Positions 50,646 through 63,600 of a DNA stretch of 64,000 bases are shown piece by piece (within the stretch, counting starts at the first letter, position 1; each line of letters starts with the position of its first letter). Both the position numbers and the translations under genes were made by a program. Below the pieces are notes generated by a model. The model saw nothing but the letters and a program-made list of their open reading frames with translations, did no database searches and was not told the origin of the DNA. This DNA is from a virus (lineage: Duplodnaviria; Caudoviricetes): positions 5,533 to 69,532 of the IMG/VR virus record IMGVR_UViG_2663763509_000001; one strand, 5' to 3'.

Positions 50646-51069
50646 ACATTCACTTATACAAGTCAAATATATTAGGATACATTAAGATTAAAGTATCCTT
50701 ATATATTTTAATTTATATTATAACTAGATACTTTGGTAATAAGTTCAATTAAGATTTTATATAAAGTTTTAATTGTGCTTATTATCCCCAGATAAGCACA
50801 ATGGAAACCTTCTCTAAAACAAAGAAGTATGTATACAAAAAACAACCTAGTCGAGCATATAAAGATCTTAATATAAGTATACATACTTCGTATAAATACA
50901 AATAAGTATTACATTGTTAGTATTTACTTGTGTTTATAGTAAAGTAGACACAAAAGGGACAGAACAGTTGATAGGCATAGGATCTATCTTGACTATACAA
51001 GTTTGTAAAGTTGTAGAATATAATCGAAACATTTTCTTATATCTTAAAAGGGGAGTACTCCCCTTATAT

Positions 51070-51219
51070 GTTGTAGTAATTTAACAGTAGATATTATTAT
51101 CCCAGAGAGTCAGTACATATAGCATAGACACTAATTTAATATAATAGTGTTTTTAATATCTATACGTCAGAACCAGAGAACTAATAATGGTGAAGGTGCA
51201 ACTCCTTCCTACAACACCA
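51070..51219 (+). ncRNA. tRNA-like RNA with expanded anticodon loop
   Basis: GTTGTAG/CTACAAC + ACCA; D arm ATTT/AGAT; T arm GAAGG-TGCAACT-CCTTC; about 84 nt inside TTATT/AATAA. Confidence 0.65.
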
Positions 51220-51224
51220 ACTAA

Positions 51225-51683
51225 TTATTTTACACTTAGGATATTTCTAATACTCCATCCATTAATCGTAGTAGACTTAGATATCCAATATTCTTTTTCT
51301 AAATACCTTAGTATTTCTACTAATATATCATTAGTTACGACATCTAATGTATTTAACTCTTCTAAACACTTCTTACACAACTCTATAAGTATTTTTAAAT
51401 CATCTCTAATAATATTATAAACTTCTAGATACGAATAAAATTTAACATCATTAGATAATTCTTTAATATCTGATTTCTTTATAATTTCAGTTAAATTAGA
51501 TAAAGGTTGTTTATCTAATTGAACAAGTCTTTCATTTATAGTATCATACCATTCAATAAACTTTTCATAGTATTCCTGAGTTTTCTCGTGAGCATCTTCA
51601 AAACCCTCACCTTTAACTAAATAATGTAAAGTAGAAAACTTTACATATAGACTAAATATAGTAGCGTTTAATTTATGTAACAT
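51225..51683 (-). CDS. dps: Dps / ferritin-like protein
   Basis: HYLVKGEGFEDAHEKTQEYY...DTINERL ferroxidase pattern. Confidence 0.85.
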   Translation of the reverse strand: MLHKLNATIFSLYVKFSTLHYLVKGEGFEDAHEKTQEYYEKFIEWYDTINERLVQLDKQPLSNLTEIIKKSDIKELSNDVKFYSYLEVYNIIRDDLKILIELCKKCLEELNTLDVVTNDILVEILRYLEKEYWISKSTTINGWSIRNILSVK

Positions 51684-51692
51684 AGTATCTCC

Positions 51693-54600
51693 TTAAAAAA
51701 TAAATCTATATCTGTTTAGTGTGAATATAGTAGCTATAGTTGAAGGTAATCCTCTAAAGACAAATGTTTCTAATAGAGCAGATAACCCTGACTTTATACC
51801 TAATATATTAGCTAAACCTATTAATGCTATAGAACCTACAGGATTCTTTTGAAATATTTTTGTAGCAGTTCTATGTACTCTTATATAGTATTTTAAGAAT
51901 GCTGCTAAACCTAAAGCATCAAAGTTTCTTAATATCTTTGATTTAATAGGAGAGTTATAATCAACAAATATTTCCTGAGCTTCTATAAAAGCATCTTCAT
52001 CATTATATCCTAATTTATCCCTATAATACTCATAAACTATCTGCCTAGGTAAGAAATCTGTATATCTTTGCCAGTTAGCCATAATCTGATATAAATTAGA
52101 TTTATTAGTTAACCATAATTCATTAATAGTTTTCTTAATAGTTTCATTTAAATCCTTAGAAATAATACCTTTTTGAACCATATTACCTAATTTAGGACTA
52201 GCTAATACTACTTCATTAATAAACTTATCTATAGTATTACTATTAGTTTCATCTGCGTCTTCAGCAATATTTGTCCATAAACCTTTAGAAGCTAATTTAT
52301 GTACTCTATTAGATCTAATTCTAGCATTAATAGTATTTAACTTAGATTCTAATTCTTTCATAGTTTTAATTTCTTCATCGTCTAGAGTTTGTTTATGTGT
52401 ATACAAAGATAACTCTTGTTCTAATTTAACTCTTTCAGTTTCATCACTTAAATATGTTGTCAATGAATCTGTTATTGCAGGTATAGATGCACTAATATCT
52501 TTAGCAGGAACACCTAATAAACTTAATGTAGCTAAGTTAGATGTAAAGTCTAAAGCTGTTAATCCAGGATTTCTAACTATAGTAGTATCCTTAGATTCTC
52601 TACTAGCTATTTTCATAACAGAATCAAACTTACTAATAAACTTAGTAAAAGATCCTTTATGTTTACTAGATATATTTAGTGTATCTATTATATCTTTAGC
52701 TAGATTATCTCTAAATCCAAATACACCTTCAATTACTTCTTTAGGTATCCATAACCTATCATATGTTTTATTATTTACATAAGAGTATCTTTCATATACT
52801 TTATCAAATAAATCTTTATCTCTAGCACTAAAATACTTTTGATAATCTCCTGAATTATTTTCAAAATCTATTAATTTGACAAATCCTCTTCTATTTAATT
52901 CTGCTTCATCTTTAGGATTATCTAAATCTAATCCTAAGTTTTTAATTCTATCAAGAGATCTAACATAATCATTAGCACTCATTAATGATTCAAATATATC
53001 TGTATTATTTATTTCATAGTTCATAGATTTAATAGTATCTTTACTCATTTCAGCATAAACTAAATCTATTTCTTTACCTGTATCTATAACATTATCTTTA
53101 AATGTTCTTGTAGGAAATATTCTATATGTATTTGAATTTCTACCTACTTGTACAAACTGTTCACTATTAGCTGAGTATTCTCCTATTAATAATTTATAAC
53201 TATTAGTATCACTAAATAATCTATTTAATTCATACTCTTTTCTTCTTTTAGCTTCTTTAATTATAGATTCATACTGGCTACTTCCATTCTCATATAAATC
53301 TATAAGATTAAATCCTCTTTGATAATAGTCGTCTTCAACTTTACCATAAGCTGAATATGTTTCATTCTTATTAAATAATCCATATTTCTTGAATATCATA
53401 ACTTTATTATTATGCTTAGATGGTACTTCTGTTTCTAATCCTAATTGATCTACTGTAACATAACCTAAATCATTTACAAGACTATTAAACATTTCAGATT
53501 TTTCCATACCATATTTTAATCTAAATAATTGATCTTCTAGAGAGAAATTAATACTTAACATTTCTACTTCATTATTATATCTATTAGCTATTCTGTTATC
53601 TAAATACTTAGCTGTATATGGATTATCTGCATCTAAATCTGAAGTAACACTAAATAATCTATTTTCCATTATAGACTTTTCTAACTCTTTTAACTTAGAT
53701 GTATCTAATCCTTTCTCTTCGTATTCTTTTATTCTTTTTTGAACATTACCTAGATCTTTATTAGCTTCATCATTATATGATATAGTTTTAAGATTTTTAT
53801 CTTCTAATACTCTATAATTGATTAGTAAGTCTTTTAATAGTTTAGTAGAGTTTTCTTTTAACTTACCAGTATTCTTATCTATAAAAGCCCATTTAATATT
53901 ATTTTTACTAAATTTTATATTAGCTATATCATAATGATATCTAGGATCATATATTTCACTTTGATAGATAGCTTCAGAAGTAATATATCTTTTAAACATT
54001 TTTATCATAGATTTATACTCATCAGATTTATAATCTAATCTAATCTTTTGATTAGTTTTCTCATTATATTTATCTATAACAGTAACTAACATATCTTCTA
54101 CATTTATGAATCCTAATGATGAATATTGTCCTGTTATTCTACTCATAGCTAAGTGTTTTAATCCATTATGTATTGCTTGATTTAATTCCTTGCTACCTTT
54201 ACCATTTTCCATAACTTTATATAGAAGATTTATTGCACCATTATCTTTATCATATAAGTAGTTAGATCTAAGATTCCATATCTTACTATTCTTATTAGCT
54301 ACTAACATATTTAATATTGTTTGTAATTGCTCTTCATCTATTTTATTATCTTTGTCATATATAAGGAAATCATGTAATTTAAATACATTAATTACAGAAC
54401 CTAAATTATGTTTGAATTTATCTGTAGGTTTTAATCTATGATTATAAAATAATGTATGTTTATTACCATTAACTACAAAAGATCTATCTTTATCTCTTAA
54501 ATTTTCCATTATATCAGGAATATACATTTCTAATAGATTATTTATACTATCTTTATGAACTTTCTCACTATTAGCAAGATGTCTTTGTAAAGTAGTTCTA

Positions 54601-57600
54601 ACATTATTTACTTGTGTTAAACTATGTTCTATTCCTCCAAAAGACTTTTTATTATATCCCCTTAGATCTCTATATAAATCATATAGATTTTTAACTAAAG
54701 CTTTATCAGTAGTTATCATAATATTTTCAATCATTTCAGAATAAGTCTTTCTAGACATAGGATCTATAACAAAGTCATAACCACCTTTTAGTACTATATA
54801 GGCTACTTTACTAAAAGGATTATTCATATTATTATATCCTTTTAAGAATTGTATTCTTCTAGCCATAACTTCATCTTTTACTTTGTCTTCATCTAAGTTA
54901 TATGTTTTTATATAGTCATCTACAGTCATAATAGCACCATTAGTTAATCTATGGAATAAACTATTTGCTTTATTTATTGCTTTTACATAAGATCTATCTG
55001 CATTAGTATTAACTAATGTATCTTTAGTTGCTTTATTAAAAGCACTTAGATTAGAAGTTAAGTTTGCTAGTTCTTCACCTAAAGAAAGATTCTTAGATAT
55101 CTCTCTTTTAGTAAATATATTAGATACACCTCTAAAGAATAAATTAACTATAGCATCAGATATTTTAATAACTTTCTTACCTAATGAAAGTCCTTCTAGA
55201 TTTAAATCATTTTTAATAGTAGATTTGTATAGTTTCATATTATTTATGTATTGAAACTTTCTTTCATCTGATAAGAAGTAAGCTATAAATTCTGAAGGAC
55301 TTACATCATTAAATATAGAATTATAAATATCTTTAGTTATACCTAATTCTTTTAGTTTATCAGGATTACTATCTAATGAAGCTTTTACTGTATTCTTAAT
55401 TCTATCTATTGAATTAATTATGTTTTGTACATCACCATATGCACTATTTAAAGCATTCTCAGTAGCAGAGTGTATCAGTTCGTGATAAGCTGTAGTATTA
55501 TCTAAATTAGCTTTATTTAGTACTAATATACCATTAGCATTATCATATTGTCCTTTAATACTAGTATTATAATCTTTACTCATATAAGCTTTAGATATAT
55601 TAAGCATATTATTAAAGAACGATAATAACTTGTTAGATACTTCTTTATACTTTGTATTATTACTTTTACTTATATCTAATTTAGCTTGATTAATAATATT
55701 AGATACATCTACTTCATCAAACATTGTATATTCTATATCTTCATCTATTCTATTACCTAATTGATTTCTTTTATCACTGTCAGGACTAGTAGTATCAGAT
55801 GTATTAGAATTAATACTTTTCATACTTTGTTTAGGTATATACATAGTATTTATATTGTTGTATCTATTTAAAGTATTCTGTAATTTAACTAAATCATTTT
55901 CTACTATATTAGATACTAAATTAGAAATATCTTTAAGATTAGAATTATAATAACGAATTATAGAAGGATATACAATATTCTCTATTAAGATATTACTTAG
56001 TTGTAATGATTTACCATCTATATTAACATTATGCACACTTACATTCTCTCCTAAAGTAGGTATGTAACTTTTAAACCTATTAAAAACTAAACTATTCAAG
56101 TAATTATCATTAGATAAAACCATATCTTCAAATGAATTAAATGTACTGTTTTTATTATCTTTAGCTACAAAGAAAGCATTCTTAAATTTTTTAATAGCAG
56201 CTAAAGTTTCAGGCTTATTATCACTTCTTTTAATAGTATTTATAATATTATCCCAAGATCTAATATCAAACAATCTATTAGGATTAACAGATGTATTATC
56301 ATTAACCATCATATATTGTTCTAATAAAGGAGAAGATTCTTCTAAATGTTGTTCTATATTATTATAGAAATCCTCATCAAATTCTATAGATACAGGTTTA
56401 GTATAACCAAATTGAATAGGTTTAGTTCTTCTAATTTGATCTAACTTATTCTTATGATTTATCCTTAGTTCTCTAATCTGTGTAATCTTATCTTCAGAAG
56501 TAAGTTCATTATTAGATAGTATATTAGTAAGATTTCCTAATTGACCTTTAACATCTATATTAAACTTAATTATATTGTTTTGATTACCAAGTATTCCTGA
56601 TGAATAAATATAATCTAATATTTTAGTATTATTAGATAATCTTCTAACATAATCTATTTTATCTCTAGTAGATTTATTAGTTATATCTTCGTTAAGGTTT
56701 AAACTATTATCATAGTTTTCTTCTAATAGTCTTACATTATTGAATAACTTATTATTTAGATAACTTAATAAATATTGAGTAGTAGGTATATTAGATTTTT
56801 TTAATCCTTTTAAGTTAGCTATATATAACTTATCTTTTTTATATAAATCTGTATTTATAGTATCTATAATAATATCATTTTGAATATTATTTAGGTTCTC
56901 TTCTTCTCTTAAATCAACGATATCTACTAAGTTACTAACTTCAGTTAGATTGATTTCTTCATTAGGTTCTATATCGTAAAAAGAAGTATTATTGTCTATT
57001 ATATTAATATCTTTAGTTTTGTATAAATCAGTTTCAAATATCTTAGGTAAATTCATATTCCAAGTATCATCTTTACCTGTATATAATCTACTAATAGCTT
57101 TATAAGTTTTTTCTATATTCTTAGGTTCAGTAAATGAACCATAAGATAATTTATTAGAACCTAAAGATATAATATTATTTACACCAAAGTTATAGAACTT
57201 ATTAACTTGATTAGATAAATCATCTAAAGCAGATAGTGATCTATTATTTAGTTTTATAGTATTTCCTATAACCTTTTCTCCATTAGATTTAATTTTATCT
57301 AGTATTTGAATTAAGTTAAAATCTTTAGTCTTTCCTGATTGTTCAAATCCTTTATTCCAATAATTAGCATTATCTAATAAATTAAATACTGAACCTGAAT
57401 AACCATCATATACAGATACATTTACTCCGTTACCTATAAGTAATCTACCTACTTCTGCTTCTATACTGTGATTAATAAGAGGAACAACATCTGCAAACAC
57501 AACAGGGACAGACGAATTAGAAAATACTTTAGCTGTGTAGTATTTACCTTCTTTTGTAACATTTAATGATACTTTATTTCTTAAAGAATTGTATATTTCT

Positions 57601-60600
57601 CCTTTATACATTTTAACCATTTTAGCTTGTTCTTCAGTAGAAACATTATTCTTAAACATAGTAGACATAAATGAATTACTAGAACCTAATTGTAATTTAG
57701 TATCTTCTAGTTCGAATAATAAATCAGAAACTTTAGAATGAGTTAGTTTATTTAAATCATTAGATATCAAAGAAATTACATTCATATTATTAGAATTAAT
57801 AACATATTGTAGATATCCATTTTTATCACTAGTATGAGTTATTATTTTAGAATCACTTATATCTAAGGATTCTTTATATTCTGGATTACTATTTATAGCT
57901 TTAGCTACTTCTATTACTACTTTATTATTAATACCCTTTAGTATCTCTTCTTTTATATTACTAAATATAGCATTAGCATTTTCAGACGCATTCCTAGAAC
58001 CTCTAATAGAATCTAATGCTCTACTTATTGGATCATTGTTTTTATCTTTAGAAGCTAACATAACTATATTATAAGTATTATCTCCTAGTATTTGTCTATT
58101 TAAGATACCTAACTTATACAATTCAGTAGTATTTTGATTTTTAAAAACATTTTGTAAGTAATCTAATGAATCTTTAGATAATCTAACATTATTATTATAA
58201 AGTTTATAAGGAGTACTTTTTTTAGTTTTACTATCATATCTATTAAGAGTATTAGTTTTATTATCTATATAATAACCGTTATTTCCTAGTCCTGTTATTA
58301 TTCTTTTTAACTCTGTCATTTTACTATAGGTATCTTGAAAATTATTCATCCATTCTTTACTATAAATAAAATCTTTATTATTAGTAGAGTTAATAAAATC
58401 TTTAGATGACTTAAAATCTACTTGTGTACTTACAAATGTTAAGTGTTCTAAGTCTGATAATAAGAAATCATCTATTAGTTTAAGAGTATTACTTAAATCC
58501 CCACCAAACATATTTTGGTTAGTTTTTCTTTCAATATTATCTAGATAATTAAAATATGATACAATAGAATCAACTAATAGATTATCTTGATCTGTTAGTT
58601 CAGAACCTTTTACAGCTAATAATCTATTAGATAATAAAGTGTTTAAATCATTATTAGCTAAAAACTCGTTTATAGTAGTAGCTCCACTATCATTAAATAT
58701 TTTAAATCCTTCTATAACTTCTGTAGTAAAATGTACTTTTAATTCATTTATTAGACCATTAATAGAAGCTCTTTCTCCAGAACCATATAAAGGAGCTAAT
58801 AGTATCTTTTTACCTAAATCTCTAACTTTTAGGTTTTTACCTTGATAATAATCTAATAATCTCATAAAAGTATTATCCCTACTAATAGAACTTAATCCAT
58901 CCATTAATCTATTAATAGCATTAGTATAAACATCTAATTCTTTTTTAGTTTCATTAGAACTAATTATAAAGTCTTTAGCAGATTTATATTCAGGACTAAA
59001 TTGACTTAGTATTCCCATATAAGAAGCAAACTTAGGATCAGATTGTAATATATGTAATTGAGATTCAAACACACCTGTAGCATTACCATCTATACTAAGT
59101 ATAAAATCTCCTTTAGTTACATTTTCTCCTTGAGATAGTCTATAGAACGAATCTAAGTTAGTTATTTCATTAAACCCATAACCGTGTGATTTATTTACAT
59201 TAGATTGTTTTATTCTAGAATCAAAAAAATCTTTAATATTAAATTCATTGTTAATTCCATTAATAGAAGTTAAAGTCATTGTATCTAAATTACTATCATC
59301 TAGTATTGCATCTAATAAATCTTTAACTAAGTATTCTTGGTTATTGTGAGTAAATACATATTCTATATTATTATCAACTAAAACTGCATCAGCTACTTCA
59401 TTTCCTAAAGCTTCATTTAAAGCTATAAATAAAGATAGCTTATGTTTAGGATCTTTAGTATCAACATAAGTATTCATATCTGTATTATCTAATACTAGTA
59501 AGTTTCTAAGAGATTTATTTAATCTATAATTATATCTAGAACCATTAGGATCAACCCTACCTTGTGATTGCTTAGTAAATGACATATAGAAAGGTTCATT
59601 ATCTTTAAATATACTATGATCTATAATTCCTTGATTAGCTAAATCTATAGATAATAATTCACTAAATGCTCTAAAGTCTTCATCAAACTTAGAATGTGTT
59701 TGAGAAGCATCTCCTATTATATTTAAATTAAATGAAAAACCTTTATTACCTTTAAGTATATTACTTAGTAATTCTTTATCAGTTATTCTAAAATATTCAG
59801 TAGTACCATCACCTTTATCTATAGGGAATATATTAAATACACTTAATTTATCATTTTCATTTAACTTATCTATGTCTAATGAGTAATTACTAGAAATAGA
59901 ATCTCTAGTATAATAGTCAGTATTATTAAAAAGACTAACTCTACTTCTCTTAACATCTGAGTATACTTTATCATTAATATTAGATAATACTTCTATATTA
60001 TTAGAATTAACACCTAGATTTTTAGAGAATATACTTAATACTCTAGTATTTACTTTTCTTTTGTCTTGTCCTACTTTATTTAGTAATTTATCATTTATAC
60101 CTTTTATAGGTTCTCTAGATACTGCATAATCCCTTTTATTTTCTCTTGATGATTCTAATCTATCTTGAACTTCTTTAACAGATTTAAGTATCATAGATGG
60201 ATCATTACTATCATATTCACTTAATGGAATAGTCATTACTATATGGGTTTTTTTATCTACATTATCAGTATAGTTAGTTAGATTTAGTTTAAATCCTAAT
60301 ATATTATTATTACTATCATCTACTTTATGATTTAATATTGTAGAACCTATAGATAATAACAATTGTCCAAATTCATTCTTTAAAACATTACTACTTATTT
60401 TATTACCATCTAAAGTATCCATATCTTTTATATCTAAGTGCATTAAATCAGAAGCAATATCAGCTAATTGAGTAAAACTATTATTTAATGTAATCGCTCT
60501 ATTACTTTTAGAAATATAAGATGGTACATCTGTAGCTATACTAGAACTTTGATTTATATACTGTAATACACTCATAATAGAAGCATATATTAAATTTAAT

Positions 60601-63600
60601 TTATCTGGATCATTTAATGCTTTATCTAATACTTCATTTATTTCATTATCTGTAAAATCAGTAGTTTTATTAGCATTAGATCTTAATGTATTAACATTAC
60701 CTCTATCTATTGTTATATCGCCAAATAGTGTATAAAATACATTATTAAAGTAATCTTTCTGAAACTGATTTTTATTAGTTAATGTAAAGATACTTTTTAA
60801 CGCTTTAGATAGTTCTTGTTTTAAATCTCCCTTAGTATTAAACTTCTTATTAAATATATTAATAAATAAACCTAAGTTTTCATTAGCATAATTAAAAGGT
60901 GAATTAGCTACTATATTCTGTCCTGCAAACGAACCTATAACAATACCTCTAGGATTACTGTCAGCACTCTTTATAATACTAGATATACCTTCACTCATTG
61001 TTTTTAATTCTGCAGATATAATGCTTAAATCTGAAGCTATATTACTAACAATAGTTTTATCTAAGTTCATTAATCTATTCTTATTACTTAGTACCCAATC
61101 TAGTATTTGATTAAACTTACCTTTTATTTTAGTAATTAAGCTACTAATTGTAGTTTCTAACAATGTAGTATCTTTAGTTTCTTGAGATTCTTGAATACCT
61201 TTTAGCAATCTATCTGTTTTATTTAATCTATCTAAATATGTATTTAGTATATTATTCATAACACTTAGATTAGACAAAGCTTTTTCTACTTCTAAAGTAT
61301 TATACTTGTTTGGATTGTTTACGACATATTCAAACTTAGAAATTGTATCTCTAATATAATCTAATTTATTATTAAACTCTTCTCTAGCTTTAGCTATATC
61401 ATTTTGATCTGAATTAGGGTCTTGTAATAACTTATGAAGATATCTAAATGAATTAGCAATTACTTCATTTAAGTCGTTACCTAATTCTCTTTGTTTTTGT
61501 TCTAATTCTTTATAGTTTATATCGACTATACCAAAGTTTTTATCTTGTATTTCATCTAATACACTAGTAATCTTCTCATCAGGTTTAACATCATTTTCAA
61601 TTACCATGTCTGATGATTCAACTAAATCTGAATAAGCAATACTTCCTGTATCAACACTATCTATTAATTGCTTCACTTGTTCAGATTCTAATCTATTATC
61701 AGATTCATTTAGTATTCTTAAAGCTATTGCTGATTTAGTTTCTAAATCTAAATTTCTACTATTTATATCTTCTAGAATTTCATCTACCACTTTAGAATAC
61801 GCTTTCTTATTATCCTTGATGGTGTATAAGGGGTTCTTTTGAAAAGATTCTGAAAAGGGTCTATTCTTAGGTATATCTCCATATTCTTTATTTATAGCGT
61901 CTAATTCTGCTTGTTGTTCTGGAGTTAAATCTTTAGGATTTTCTATATTTTGTAAATCTATATCATTTAATTGATTTCTTCTAAAACCTTTAGCTTTTTT
62001 AGGTTGCTTAATATCTTCTTTTCTTTGTGTAGTAAGTTCTTCTTCATTGTCTAATGAAAAGGTATCATCATCTATAGATTCTTCTTCAGTTTTAGTTTCT
62101 TCTTTAGGCATAAATTTTTCAGCAAATTTATCTCTTATAGATTGTTCTGTTATACCACTTTCATACATTAAAGGTAGTAATTTATCTACAAAGTCTTTAT
62201 AACTTTTAGCTGTATTAACTAGATTAGTTAATTCTGATAGTTTATTATTAGAGGCTAAATAAGGTAACAATTCTGGATATTTATTAGGTATATTAACTAC
62301 AGCTTGAGCAATATATTCATCATTAAAGAATTCATTAACATTATCTAATTGTCTTTTAACTTCCTCATTATTTGGATCTTCTTTTAATCTTTTTTCTAAA
62401 TCAGCTTTTATATTTTTTAGTTTATTTTTATCACCTTCAGATATTCCTTTAACTTGTTCACTATGTTTAATTAGTCTAGAAGATACAGCTTTAGATAATT
62501 CAGTCATACCAGAACTGACATCATTTATATTTACATCAGGATTAATTTCTCTAGCTTTAGAATGAATATCATTAGTTAGATTACCTAAATTATCATTTAC
62601 AAACTTTTTAAATTGAGTTGTATTTATTGTTTCTGTTTTAGTAATATCATCTACTTTAGGAGCTCTACTAGCTTTAACATTTTGTGTTAATGACTTAGTA
62701 CCACTAACAGCCATACCAGTACCTGCAAAAACAGTACCACCTAATGCACCTACAACTCCTGCATAACCTAACTCTTCTCTTAAGTCTTTAGCTTCTTGTG
62801 TATCACTAGTTAGTACTTCTAATGGAGATAATCCTTTATAGTCTTTAGTTGCTTGATATTCAATATAAGATTGTGGTATTTCTGTAATACCTTCTTCTAC
62901 AGCACCTAAACCTAATGCAGCCATACCTTTAGTTACTTTACCTGGATTTGAATATCTAACACTAGAAGGTATTTTATCTACTAGTTTAGATACTTGTTTT
63001 CCTGCAGTTAAACCTAAAGCTAAACCTGCATAATCTAAACCTAAATGAGCAGCTCCTGCTAAGTAATCCATACCTGTTCTATCTAAAACAGTATTAGTAG
63101 CTTCTGCTCTAGACATAGCTAAATCTGTAGATCTTCTTTGTAAATCTACACTTGTTATTACAGTACCACCTAATAACATTAACTTACTAGCATTCTCTAG
63201 TTGTGCTATTTGTGTAGGAGATAATCCAGATATCTTAGCAGTATTAGATAATGTCTTTAATGCTTTAGCACCTTTTATCATACCTGCAGGACCTACTAGT
63301 GTTGCCATTTCAGGTAAAGAATAAACTACTGCTTCTAATCCTCCCATTGTTGAGAATTTATCCCAGAAATCACCTACTAATTTAGGATCAGTATATGAAG
63401 ATCTATAATCATCTACAAAGTATCTTTCAAAATTCCATCCTTGAGGATTATCACCAAAATAAACAACATTAGCTAAACTATCTATAAAACTTATTGTACC
63501 ATTAACTACAGCACTACTAAATCCTGTAGAGTAAGTTCCTATATTTTTATCAGTAGATAATCTTTGTGTTACTGCTTCTAATGCTTCATCATAACTCATA

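Noticed and set aside
50400-51066. Mini CRISPR array
   Set aside because: Only two-copy repeats at irregular spacing; the rest are inverted repeats
51070-51219. tmRNA
   Set aside because: Too short, no alanine identity pair and no tag ORF
4895-58845. Short track ORFs overlapping real genes (4895-5098, 5187-5378, 10135-10338, 11584-11796, 13762-13950, 17679-17987, 20540-20746, 23770-23952, 28229-28447, 30262-30588, 32074-32256, 44241-44435, 51187-51420, 58639-58845)
   Set aside because: Antisense or alternate-frame shadows with no SD or recognisable motif
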